From positions 786,497 to 850,496 of the forward strand of contig CAWFSF010000002.1 of the NCBI GenBank assembly GCA_963818475.1: a DNA stretch of 64,000 bases, in the 5' to 3' direction. The position numbers and the translations under genes were made by a program. The notes under the pieces are model-generated. The model was given only the letters and a program-made list of their open reading frames with translations, was not told where the DNA came from and did not search any database. Of this stretch, positions 10,014-18,607 are shown piece by piece. The stretch is from Nitrospirota bacterium (lineage in GTDB: Bacteria > Nitrospirota > UBA9217). Position 1 is the first letter of the stretch, and each line of letters opens with the position of its first letter.

Positions 10014-10440
10014 CACCCATTTAAAGGGCACCGTCAAGCGAAAAAAGCTATTACCCCAAAGTTCCCTTAAAAGCCAACCTCTTCGCTCTCTAAAAACGCT
10101 TTTCTGAACCACAAGTTGAGTGCGTAAATCAATGTTTATTTTTCGGCCCATAATGTCTCTTGCCTTTTTTGAATTTGTGATAACGTTTCTGTAAACCAGA
10201 GAGTTTGTCTGTGACGCTCCTCGCCCGCGGCACCCCGCGCCTCAAGCCTGAAGTCTGCGAAGGATCTCTTCCAGCACTGCGACCTTGTCGTTCCGGTCCT
10301 TCAAATCCCTGGCAACTACGACGAGCGAGGCGGTGTTGGCGTCCTCGACCACGAGAACCTTCCCCTCCCTTAATTCCCAAGTATGTGACATGGCTGCCAC
10401 CTCCTTCGCACGCAACCAATCCGCCCCCAACCTTTAAGTG
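10014..10440 (-). mobile_element. IS110/IS1111-type end plus possible non-autonomous element
   Basis: 10014-10051 is nearly identical to 63737-63774; partial inverted end CCTTTAAGTG at 10431-10440; small internal ORF at 10242-10391. Confidence 0.5.
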
Positions 10441-10502
10441 AACACGACGAAGAGGGAAAATCGTGCCTGGCGAGGCGAAAGGTCCTTTTCCCGTGACCTG
10501 TC

Positions 10503-10929
10503 TTAGTGCGTGTGTTTTGCAAAGATCTCTTCGAGCCCGATGTACTGGTCGAATGTCTCTCTCATTTCGGCCGCCAAATCAGCCGAAGACAACAGGCCTA
10601 CCAGTTTTCCGCTCTCCGTCACTGGCAGCCTGTGGATATGCGCCTTGTTCATCACTCTCAGGGCGGATCTCAACGTCTGCATCGGAATTGATCGTTATAG
10701 GGTCTGCGGTCATGACGTCGCGGACGCTGATCGTTCTTGGATCTTTCGTGTCTGCGGCAACCGTCATGGCAATGTCCCTATCGGTCAGGATCCCTTTCAG
10801 TTTCCAACCCTCCTCAACAACGAGAACCGATCCGACATGATGCTCTTTCATCTTCACCGCTGCGTCGAACATGGTAGAAGAGGGGAGGATCGTGATAAGG
10901 TCCTTCTGCATGAGTTGTCTCGCTAGCAT
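10503..10929 (-). CDS. Stand-alone CBS-pair protein (one apparent +1 indel)
   Basis: MLARQLMQKD...HVGSVLVV...KGILTDRDI...VRDVMT...IHRLPV..GKLVGLLS. The duplicate at 8661-8943 lacks the extra base near 10667. Confidence 0.9.
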
Positions 10930-10972
10930 GGCGCCCTCCTTTCTTCGGGCTGTGGCCTCGCCAGGAATCCTT

Positions 10973-11021
10973 AAAACGAAAAGCCGGACTTGCCGATACA
11001 TGTTCCTTCGGCAGCCCGGCT
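10973..11021 (-). terminator. Riboswitch expression-platform terminator
   Basis: AGCCGGGCTGCCGA...TCGGCAAGTCCGGCT followed by TTTCGTTTT; overlaps the 3' strand of the aptamer. Confidence 0.7.
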
Positions 11022-11085
11022 GTCTTCTTCTCAAGACCCGTCGCTTTCCGCGCCCTTCTCGCGAAGGGTTCGGCTTTATCGGGAA
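11005..11085 (-). promoter_or_regulatory. c-di-GMP-I (GEMM-I) riboswitch
   Basis: CGAUAAAGCCGAACCCUUC-GCGA-GAAGGGCGCGGAAAGCGACGGGUCU...AGACAGCCGGGCUGCCG matches the GEMM-I consensus (GNRA-capped stem, GAAAGC junction, GGUCU/AGACAGCC stem). Confidence 0.85.
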
Positions 11086-11099
11086 TGGATCATACTTCA

Positions 11100-11128
11100 A
11101 GTATGATACCGGTGAACGGTTCTGTCAA
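11100..11128 (-). promoter_or_regulatory. Sigma70 promoter for riboswitch-CBS transcript
   Basis: TTGACA-N17-CATACT on the minus strand; palindrome ATCATACTT-C-AAGTATGAT (11089-11107) overlaps the -10. Confidence 0.7.
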
Positions 11129-11181
11129 CGGGGTAATTAGTTGCACTTTCTGACAGACGAATACCGGTGAAGAGAATCGAG

Positions 11182-12198
11182 CTAAGGCGCAAACCTCCCG
11201 GGAATTATTGTGCCGCACGCCGGGCACGTGCCGTTCTTGATCTTATTCTGCCTGACGTCGAATATATACCGCTCGATCAAAAGCTCGCCGCATCCATGGC
11301 ACCAGGTATTCTCCCATCGATGGCCGGGCACGTTGCCGAGGTACACGTACCAGAGCCCCGCTTCTTTTCCCAAGGTCCTTGCTTTCTCCAGCGTGCGGAT
11401 CGGCGTCGGCCGGATATCAAGCAGTTCATGATGAGGATGGAACCTCGTCACATGCCACGGCGTAGCAGGGCCGAGGCTGTTCTTGATCCATGCCGCGATG
11501 TCCCGGAGCTCCTTTTCATCATCGTTGTATGCCGGGATGATGTTCGTAACGACCTCCACATGCATCCCGAGCTTCTGCGCCTTTTCCGCGGCTTCAAGTA
11601 TGCCCTTGAACTTCTGAATATTCCCGATCCTCAGGTACGTCCTGTCGGAAAACCCTTTGATGTCCACCCGGTAGACGTCGAGGTACGGGGCAATCATGTC
11701 GAGCGCCTCTTTCGTGATATACCCGTTCGTTACATAATTGGTACGGAGCCCTCGTGCTTGGGCGATTTTTGCCGAGTCGAGGGTATATTCGAACGAGAGC
11801 GCGGGCTCGTTGAATGTCCACGATATGCCGAGGCAGGCTGAATTTTTGGCCTGATCAACCGCGTTTTCCGGCGAGATGTATTCGGTGTCCATGGGCCCTT
11901 CTTTCCAGTGGGCAATGTCCCAGTTCTGGCAGCCCGGACACCGGAAGTTGCATCCCACGCTTCCGAGGGAAAGCCACCGCGAACCCGGATAGTAGTGGAA
12001 GACCGGCTTTTTTTCAATGGGGTTGATCGAGATCGACGAGACTTCGCCGTAGATCAGGCTGTACAGCACGCCGCTTTCATTTATCCGTGTTCGGCACCAG
12101 CCCGTCTTGCCTTCCGGGATGATGCATTCGCGCTGGCAGGTGTGGCACCTGATCGCATTATCGCGGAGTACGGTATATATATATGCTTCTTTTTTCAT
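11182..12198 (-). CDS. amrS: AmmeMemoRadiSam system radical SAM enzyme
   Basis: CHTCQREC...G.CRTR, PIEKKPVFHYYPG, GCNFRCPGCQNWDI, PWHVTRFHP, YVYLGN and C-terminal CxxC pairs. Confidence 0.9.
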   Translation of the reverse strand: MKKEAYIYTVLRDNAIRCHTCQRECIIPEGKTGWCRTRINESGVLYSLIYGEVSSISINPIEKKPVFHYYPGSRWLSLGSVGCNFRCPGCQNWDIAHWKEGPMDTEYISPENAVDQAKNSACLGISWTFNEPALSFEYTLDSAKIAQARGLRTNYVTNGYITKEALDMIAPYLDVYRVDIKGFSDRTYLRIGNIQKFKGILEAAEKAQKLGMHVEVVTNIIPAYNDDEKELRDIAAWIKNSLGPATPWHVTRFHPHHELLDIRPTPIRTLEKARTLGKEAGLWYVYLGNVPGHRWENTWCHGCGELLIERYIFDVRQNKIKNGTCPACGTIIPGRFAP

Positions 12199-12297
12199 GT
12201 TCGTTGTAATGCGAATTGACCGCGAATATGAAATGAGGGTTTAAGAAGAACCAACCGGCCGGCATGTCCGGTATTTCCCTCAATATTTTGCTGATGA

Positions 12298-12600
12298 TCA
12301 CTCCTTGTGCTGTCCAAGATAATCCAGTACAACGACAACGGCGTGTGCGCGCCTGTTAATCACGCCGAGAACATTGTCGAACTTCTCGATGGGATCGGTA
12401 AGAGAGGGGTCGATGAATTCCTCGGCTGCTTCTTCGACGGTCTTCAGGACTCGGAGCCCCTCGGGCGTCTTGCGCAGCGCATCCTTCCACGCATCCTTGG
12501 CCAGGAGCAATGACCCCAGCAGCATTTTCCTGATCTGCTCCGCCTTGATTTCGAGGAACATGAACCGGTCATCCTGCATCGTATCGTGATAATTCCTCAC
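12298..12600 (-). CDS. Hypothetical protein
   Basis: GTG start with AGGAGA RBS; host-like codon usage; same strand as amrS. Confidence 0.6.
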   Translation of the reverse strand: MRNYHDTMQDDRFMFLEIKAEQIRKMLLGSLLLAKDAWKDALRKTPEGLRVLKTVEEAAEEFIDPSLTDPIEKFDNVLGVINRRAHAVVVVLDYLGQHKE

Positions 12601-12901
12601 CTGCGCTGTCTCCTGTCTTTGCGGGGTTTAGTGAAGCAGGTGGACATTTCTAATTTTACATTCGTAAGTGAGATGGTCAATGATTTCGTATGGCACAAGC
12701 TGCACTCTGCCATGAGCCTCCGCTCTCCAGCACAGCATCGGAGCAGATACGTTTAAAGTCCGTCGAATTGAAGCAGTCTATGAATAGATTGTACCACTGG
12801 AAGGAAGGGGGCGAAGCACTGAAGCATTACACCAATGTAATTGCGACTAAAAGTCTTATTCAAGCTCATCCTGATTTAATTGCTTTGAATTGCGGCCTTC
12901 T

Positions 12902-12930
12902 TTGACAACGCACATATCCGTTGTTATAGT
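12902..12930 (+). promoter_or_regulatory. Sigma70 promoter of cooS with overlapping palindrome
   Basis: TTGACA-N17-TATAGT with TG extension; ACAACG-N8-CGTTGT palindrome at 12905-12924. Confidence 0.7.
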
Positions 12931-13006
12931 TGTTATATGAACAATGCGTGATAACCATCAACTGGGGATGTTTTTTTTAGACGTTCAACATGAGGAGGCA
13001 GCTATC

Positions 13007-14881
13007 ATGGATCAATACCAGGAATTTTCCATCGCGCCCGATGCGCAATCAATGCTGAAAAAGGCCCATGACGACGGCGTGGTGACCGCCTGGGACCGGG
13101 CCAGATTGCAACAACCGCAGTGCCAGTTCTGTAAATCAGGGTTGTCATGCCGTGTATGCGCCATGGGTCCCTGCCGGATCGATCCCCACGGTAAAGGCGC
13201 GCATTACGGCGTATGCGGAGCTGACGCCGATATCATTGCGGCGAGAAACCTGTCACGGATGGTTGCGGCCGGTTCCGCGTCCCATTCGGATCACGCCCGC
13301 GAGCTTGTCGAGGTGCTGTATAGCGTGGGCAAAGGCAAGGCAGCGGGATATGAGATAAAAGACCCGGAAAAGCTGAAGAGGGTAGCTACTGAATACGGCA
13401 TTGCGATCAACGGTCTCAGCGACAAGGAGCTCGCGGTCAAGCTGGCGGAATCAATGATGGAAGATTTCGGGATGAAAAAAGGACGGGTGACCTTTGTCAG
13501 CAGGGCGCCGAAACAGCGAATCGAGCTCTGGGAAAAATTGAACGTCGTTCCGCGCGGGATAGACAGGGAGACCACTGAAACGATGCACCGCACACACATG
13601 GGCGTGGACAACGATTACGTCTCCCTGCTGCTTCACGCGGTGAGGAACAGTCTCTCCGACGGCTACGGGGGGTCGATGATCGGCACTGAATTGTCCGACA
13701 TCCTCTTCGGGACGCCGAAACCCGGTCTTTCCACGGTCAACCTGGGGGTATTGAAAGAGGACCACGTCAACATCCTGGTTCATGGCCACAACCCCGTCGT
13801 GTCCGAGATGATCGGGCTGGCGGTCGAAGACGGCGAAATGATCAAACTTGCGCAGTCGAAAGGCGCAAAGGGCATCAACCTCGCCGGTTTGTGCTGTACC
13901 GGCAGCGAACTCATGATGCGCAAAAAGATACCGATGGCCGGCAATCATCTCATGACCGAACTGACGATCGTCACCGGCGCCGTTGAAGCTGTCATCGTGG
14001 ATTACCAGTGCGTCATGCCTGCCCTCGGGCAGGTGGCGCAGTGTTATCACACAAAGCTGTATTCCACATCTAACAAGGCAAAATTTCCTTTTATGGAACA
14101 CGTTGAATTCAACCCTGAGAACGCAAAGGAACAGGCCTTCAAAGTGGTACGGGCATCGATAGAAAACTATGTCCGCAGAAACAAGGACAGGGTATCCATC
14201 CCCGTCTCTCCGGTCAAGACTATGAGCGGATTTTCCGTGGAGTCTATTGTGGGGGCGCTGGGCGGTAGCCTCACGCCTCTGATCGACGCGATCAAGGCCG
14301 GGAAAATAAAAGGTGCCGTAGGTGTGGTCGGATGCAACAACCCGAAAATAAGACAGGATTACGGTCACGTAGGGCTGATCAAACGCCTCATAGCGAACGA
14401 CATCCTTGTTCTCACCACGGGATGCGCGAATGTGGCTGCGGGAAAGGCCGGTTTGCAGCTGCCGCAGGCAGCTAAATGGGCCGGTCCCGGCCTGAAAGAG
14501 ATCTGCGGCCTTCTCAATATACCTCCCTCACTTCATGTCGGCTCCTGTGTAGATAATTCAAGGATTGTCGTTATCGCCTGCGCATTGGCCAACGCACTCG
14601 GCGTTGACATCGATAAACTGCCCCTCGCCGGTGCGGCCCCGGAGTGGTATTCTGAAAAGGCCGTTGCCATTGCCTTCTATGTTATGGCCAGCGGGATTTA
14701 TACCGTTCTCGGGGTAATGCCGCCTATCGGTGGAAGCACGAATGTAACGAAGCTCGCAACGTCCGGGCTGAAGGATGTCTTCGGCGCCAGCTTTGCTGTA
14801 GAAGCCAACCCCGACAGAGCAGCTGATCTTATCATTGCCCACATTACCGAGAAGAGAAAGGGATTGGGTTTGAGTGCTTAG
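13007..14881 (+). CDS. cooS: Anaerobic Ni,Fe carbon monoxide dehydrogenase catalytic subunit
   Basis: CRVCAMGPC...CG (B cluster); HGHN, CCTG, DYQC, GCNN, TGCA and GSCVD (C-cluster ligands); SEKA; GAGGAGG RBS. Confidence 0.95.
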   Translation: MDQYQEFSIAPDAQSMLKKAHDDGVVTAWDRARLQQPQCQFCKSGLSCRVCAMGPCRIDPHGKGAHYGVCGADADIIAARNLSRMVAAGSASHSDHARELVEVLYSVGKGKAAGYEIKDPEKLKRVATEYGIAINGLSDKELAVKLAESMMEDFGMKKGRVTFVSRAPKQRIELWEKLNVVPRGIDRETTETMHRTHMGVDNDYVSLLLHAVRNSLSDGYGGSMIGTELSDILFGTPKPGLSTVNLGVLKEDHVNILVHGHNPVVSEMIGLAVEDGEMIKLAQSKGAKGINLAGLCCTGSELMMRKKIPMAGNHLMTELTIVTGAVEAVIVDYQCVMPALGQVAQCYHTKLYSTSNKAKFPFMEHVEFNPENAKEQAFKVVRASIENYVRRNKDRVSIPVSPVKTMSGFSVESIVGALGGSLTPLIDAIKAGKIKGAVGVVGCNNPKIRQDYGHVGLIKRLIANDILVLTTGCANVAAGKAGLQLPQAAKWAGPGLKEICGLLNIPPSLHVGSCVDNSRIVVIACALANALGVDIDKLPLAGAAPEWYSEKAVAIAFYVMASGIYTVLGVMPPIGGSTNVTKLATSGLKDVFGASFAVEANPDRAADLIIAHITEKRKGLGLSA

Positions 14882-15130
14882 AATAAGTTTTAGACGGCAA
14901 TGGCCCCGACGACTCCGCACTTCGCTGGTACGATCTCTTGTGGCTGGAATTAAATATCCTCTGGGACGTGGAAAAGATATGTACGAAGGGAGTATTTTAA
15001 TTAAACAACTCTGACCCTTTGTCGCTCCGGAGCGTACCGGCCAAGGGGTACTAAAGTGCTAATAAGGTGGTTGTTTTTCGTTTCCCTACATCTTTTTAAT
15101 ATCACCGCTTGACAAGGTGTGGTATATAAT

Positions 15131-15440
15131 AATTAGGCGTTGCCGGACCGACACTGAGAAGTGTCAAACGTATCATTAACTTCCGTTGAGGGTCTTAAGC
15201 GCCAACCGGGCGTGATCCGGAATCGGCAAACAGCAGTCCGTAAGGGCTGTTAACCCGCCGGTTTGCAGATCACCAAAGGCTGGAAAGCGGAAAGCCCCTG
15301 AGGCTGAAGGAGAATTCGGCGAAGGAAACGAATTGCTTCAGGATTGGCGAGAGCTGATCCCAGAGTGATCGTGGATCTTCCCGAATATCCCGAGGTTCAA
15401 CGGAATGATTAAGATGCGGGTCTAAAGCAACGCCGTAATT
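15131..15440 (+). ncRNA. Unassigned large structured ncRNA candidate (~300 nt)
   Basis: Nested long-range helices close the 5' and 3' ends; multiple GNRA hairpins; TATAAT just upstream; terminator downstream; no ORF in the track. Confidence 0.7.
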
Positions 15441-15462
15441 TATCGTCAAATATGAAAGTATG

Positions 15463-15500
15463 AAAGCCGGCAGGGGTTAGATGTTCCTGCCGGCTTTTTT
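15463..15500 (+). terminator. Intrinsic terminator
   Basis: AAAGCCGGCAGG...CCTGCCGGCTTTTTT. Confidence 0.85.
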
Positions 15501-15709
15501 CGTTCCCTCATCAGAGAAACCCTTCTCGACCACATCATGAGCCTGGCAAGTTCAGGAAGACAATCGTAACTGCGGAACGGTTGCAATCACCTCCCCCTCA
15601 TGAGGTTTCAACAACTGGCAATTTGATTCATAAGAATGCAATAACTTCTATTTCTCAAAGTTGAAGCACGGATCGATCCCGGGGAAGTGCTAATATAAGA
15701 GCAGATACC

Positions 15710-16083
15710 ATGACAACAGTCAAATTCGTAACCGAATTGGCCACTAATTGCATGTGGCACTACAAAGGGGGATTGCTCACGACTAGAAGAAAATAGGTGA
15801 ACTGGTCCCTCCAGTCGATCGGCAAGGGGAATACCGTAATGTCGTTCCCTTGGGTGCAAAGTTCGTGAAAGGACCCATTCGGCAGCGGTATATCGAGAAA
15901 TTCGCAACCAATAATGTGGCCAACTTGGAGGCCATCGAGCAGTTCAACTTCGTCGCAGGGATATCGATAAAGATGTCGGCCGGATTCGTCCAGGGGGCAA
16001 CTGATAGTGAAAGCGTTACGCAACGGGTGCAACAACGTCACCCGGGTGCCTCAACATTGTTCAGGCATGCAACTTTCCCATAA
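15710..16083 (+). CDS. Hypothetical protein, possibly interrupted
   Basis: ATG 15710 (MTTVKFVTELA...) may join ORF 15850-16083 across an indel or stop. Confidence 0.3.
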
Positions 16084-16154
16084 ATGAAGAATCATAAAAA
16101 AAAGACGGACGCGGGAAACAAACGATACAGAGGCAAGGGAGGGAGGATCTTTAA

Positions 16155-16862
16155 ATGAAAATAAAAATTTTAACAAGTATCTTAACTGTGTGCATTTCCA
16201 GTGGCTGTATGGTAACGCACAGCGAAGTACAACACTTTCGGACAGACTACGACCCGCCTAATTATTTTCGCCTATCTATAGAGAGCACAGGCTTTCTTTC
16301 AAGAGCCAAGTACTCATCAGGCTTCTATGATGAAAAAGCTTTGGATATCTTTCTCAACGAGTTTGGCAGTAAGGATTACGCGAAATCCGGCCAAGTGAGC
16401 TCTATATCCCAATCTGATGAAAAAACAATGTTCGACAAGAGCACCGCAGAAACTACCAGCAAAGACGGCCATGTGCAACTAAAACCGCTGAGTTCGAATG
16501 GTGTTTATGCCTACATTTTCAGCACAAATGCTGATGATATCGCGAGGACTATCGGTGCGTTCGCTGAAAATCAAGTTGTCGCCGACTATATCAGCGCCCT
16601 GATAAATAAGGAAAAGTTAACAGCGCTCGATGACAAGGAGAAAACGCTGAATCAGAAGGCGGGTGCCATAGCGTCCATTCGTATGGAGTTAGAAGGTCTG
16701 ATAAGCCAAGTCCCAGACCAACCCGGCAATGACGCGCAACCTGATTTAAGTAGCTATATCTATCTACTTACCGCCATCGCACGAGGCGTCGATTTACAAG
16801 CTAGTTTCAAAAATCTGGACGAAGCCAAAGCCTTCTTTGACGCATTGCCATCGAAACCATAG
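16155..16862 (+). CDS. Hypothetical lipoprotein
   Basis: MKIKILTSILTVCISSGC lipobox; GGAGG RBS. Confidence 0.75.
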   Translation: MKIKILTSILTVCISSGCMVTHSEVQHFRTDYDPPNYFRLSIESTGFLSRAKYSSGFYDEKALDIFLNEFGSKDYAKSGQVSSISQSDEKTMFDKSTAETTSKDGHVQLKPLSSNGVYAYIFSTNADDIARTIGAFAENQVVADYISALINKEKLTALDDKEKTLNQKAGAIASIRMELEGLISQVPDQPGNDAQPDLSSYIYLLTAIARGVDLQASFKNLDEAKAFFDALPSKP

Positions 16863-16873
16863 GAGACTCGAAA

Positions 16874-18060
16874 ATGCTGAGACATCTTATCTTCGCGTTA
16901 TCAGGCATCTTGGTTTTATTAGCAGGATGCGGTTCTATTATAACAAATGTTTCCGTTTTGAAACCATCATATCTAGATGGTATCAAAATGGAGCAAATGA
17001 AGTACGCTGAATTGCGTGCTGCCTACGAACAGGATCAAACTTTTATTGAAAATCGATACAAAGCCGATATCGAAAAGCTTGACGAAACCTATAGACGATT
17101 GGCGAATGAGTACGGCAAGAAGGCTGCAACCTTGAAAACTGATGATCCAAGCCGTACTACTTTGACAATCGCTTCTCAAAGGTGGTTAGACGAGGCTGGG
17201 TCAGAAGGAGAATTTAATAAAATTCTACAAAACCGCATTCAAAAAATTATCGAGTGGAATGAAAAAACACGCATTGAGGTATCGAGAGAAGCCAATTACA
17301 TTAGTGTCCTAAGAGGTGATGCGCCGATACCAAGCAAAGTAGTCACTATTTTGAACAACCAACGATTCGAGAGAGAATCCCTGGGCAGCCTTATTGAAGG
17401 TCAAAGAAAGAATTTAAACAAGGCGTTGCGAGCAGATGAAAATTTAAACGTTAAGGAAAAAAAACAGAGCAGTCAGAGAGATTGATAAACGCTTCTCTAG
17501 TATGGAACAGACGACGCTTCTGACTTTAGGAGGGTGGAAGGCAATACATGAGGATCCGGTTGCTTACTCTGTTGCATCAGCAAAAGAAGAAATGTGGGCG
17601 ATACGCTATAACGACGTCAAAGGATTCGGATTGTTTGGAAATACCGATTTCATAATAGTGCTGGATAAACGAGGCAATTTTCGAATGAAGGGAATCTCGT
17701 TCGATCCCAGCAAAGTAGCCGAGATGGCGTCAAAAGTCACTACGCAAGCATTGATAGCAGCAGTATCGATCTCAGGCGTACCGGTCCCCAAGGGTTGCTG
17801 CGAATTCAAACTCCGGAGAGAAACAAGCGATGGCGAATAGTAATGACGCTCTTTTAGCGAAACAGAATGCTTTGAACACTATCGAGAATCAATATGTAAA
17901 CTACCGACGCGCTCTGATTGACATCGCAAAATCGATCGTTGAGAAAAAAGACGATCTGAATGACAAAGCAAAGTATGCAGCCGCCACCACTGCTATCAAA
18001 CAAACATTTAATGCCCATAAAACTCGACTGACGTTATCACAGGAGAGCAATAATCAGTAA
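16874..18060 (+). CDS. Hypothetical coiled-coil lipoprotein, probably one ORF with two indels
   Basis: LLAGC lipobox; first break at the poly-A run near 17460; ORFs 16874-17485, 17502-17840 and 17830-18060 are contiguous. Confidence 0.6.
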
Positions 18061-18097
18061 GCAGTAAAAACATATTATTTTATGAGGAGAAAACACC

Positions 18098-18387
18098 ATG
18101 TCTTTTACAAATGGAGATATTGTTAAAATGAAAGGAGCAGGCGCGGGCGGCAAGGTAGGAAGGATATGTTCGGTCGAGCCGGAGGATACTGGGTCTATTT
18201 TCGAGGATTGGTTGTCGTTATGTTCCCTTGGCCTCCCTGGAACATGCTGCTGGTCAGGCGCCACAATGTCCGAATAATTGTCCTCCTTAGGATAAGTAAC
18301 GGAATAGTCGAAAGAAGGAAAAATGGCAGCCCGCTTTCCGATGTTATTCCAGAGGATGCGGCAGAGAGTAAAGATAAAGAGGCTTGA
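18098..18387 (+). CDS. Small hypothetical protein (KOW/SH3-like start), frameshifted
   Basis: GAGGAG RBS; MSFTNGDIVKMKG...GRICSV. Confidence 0.35.
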
Positions 18388-18607
18388 ACATGACACGATC
18401 GAGTCTTTCAGTGAAATTAGTATCAAAAGGAAAAAGCAACGAGATATAGGGACAAATTTAAGTCATACTTGGAGGGCTTAGATATTTCTTAATCAAGCTA
18501 TGCTGTTCCGACATGTGGACTGAGCTTGACAGGCTCAAGCTATCTATCCCTAACGGACACAGTTTATCAGTATTGTGCCTCATGCAGTTTTTTAATAGGA
18601 GCTCCAA

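Noticed and set aside
15131-15440. RNase P RNA, tmRNA, SRP RNA or group I intron as the identity of the structured element
   Set aside because: No GAGGAAAGUCC after the first hairpin and no 3' RNase P conserved region; no tRNA-like ends or CCA; no SRP GGAAGCAGC loop; no recognisable P/Q/R/S elements or host gene.
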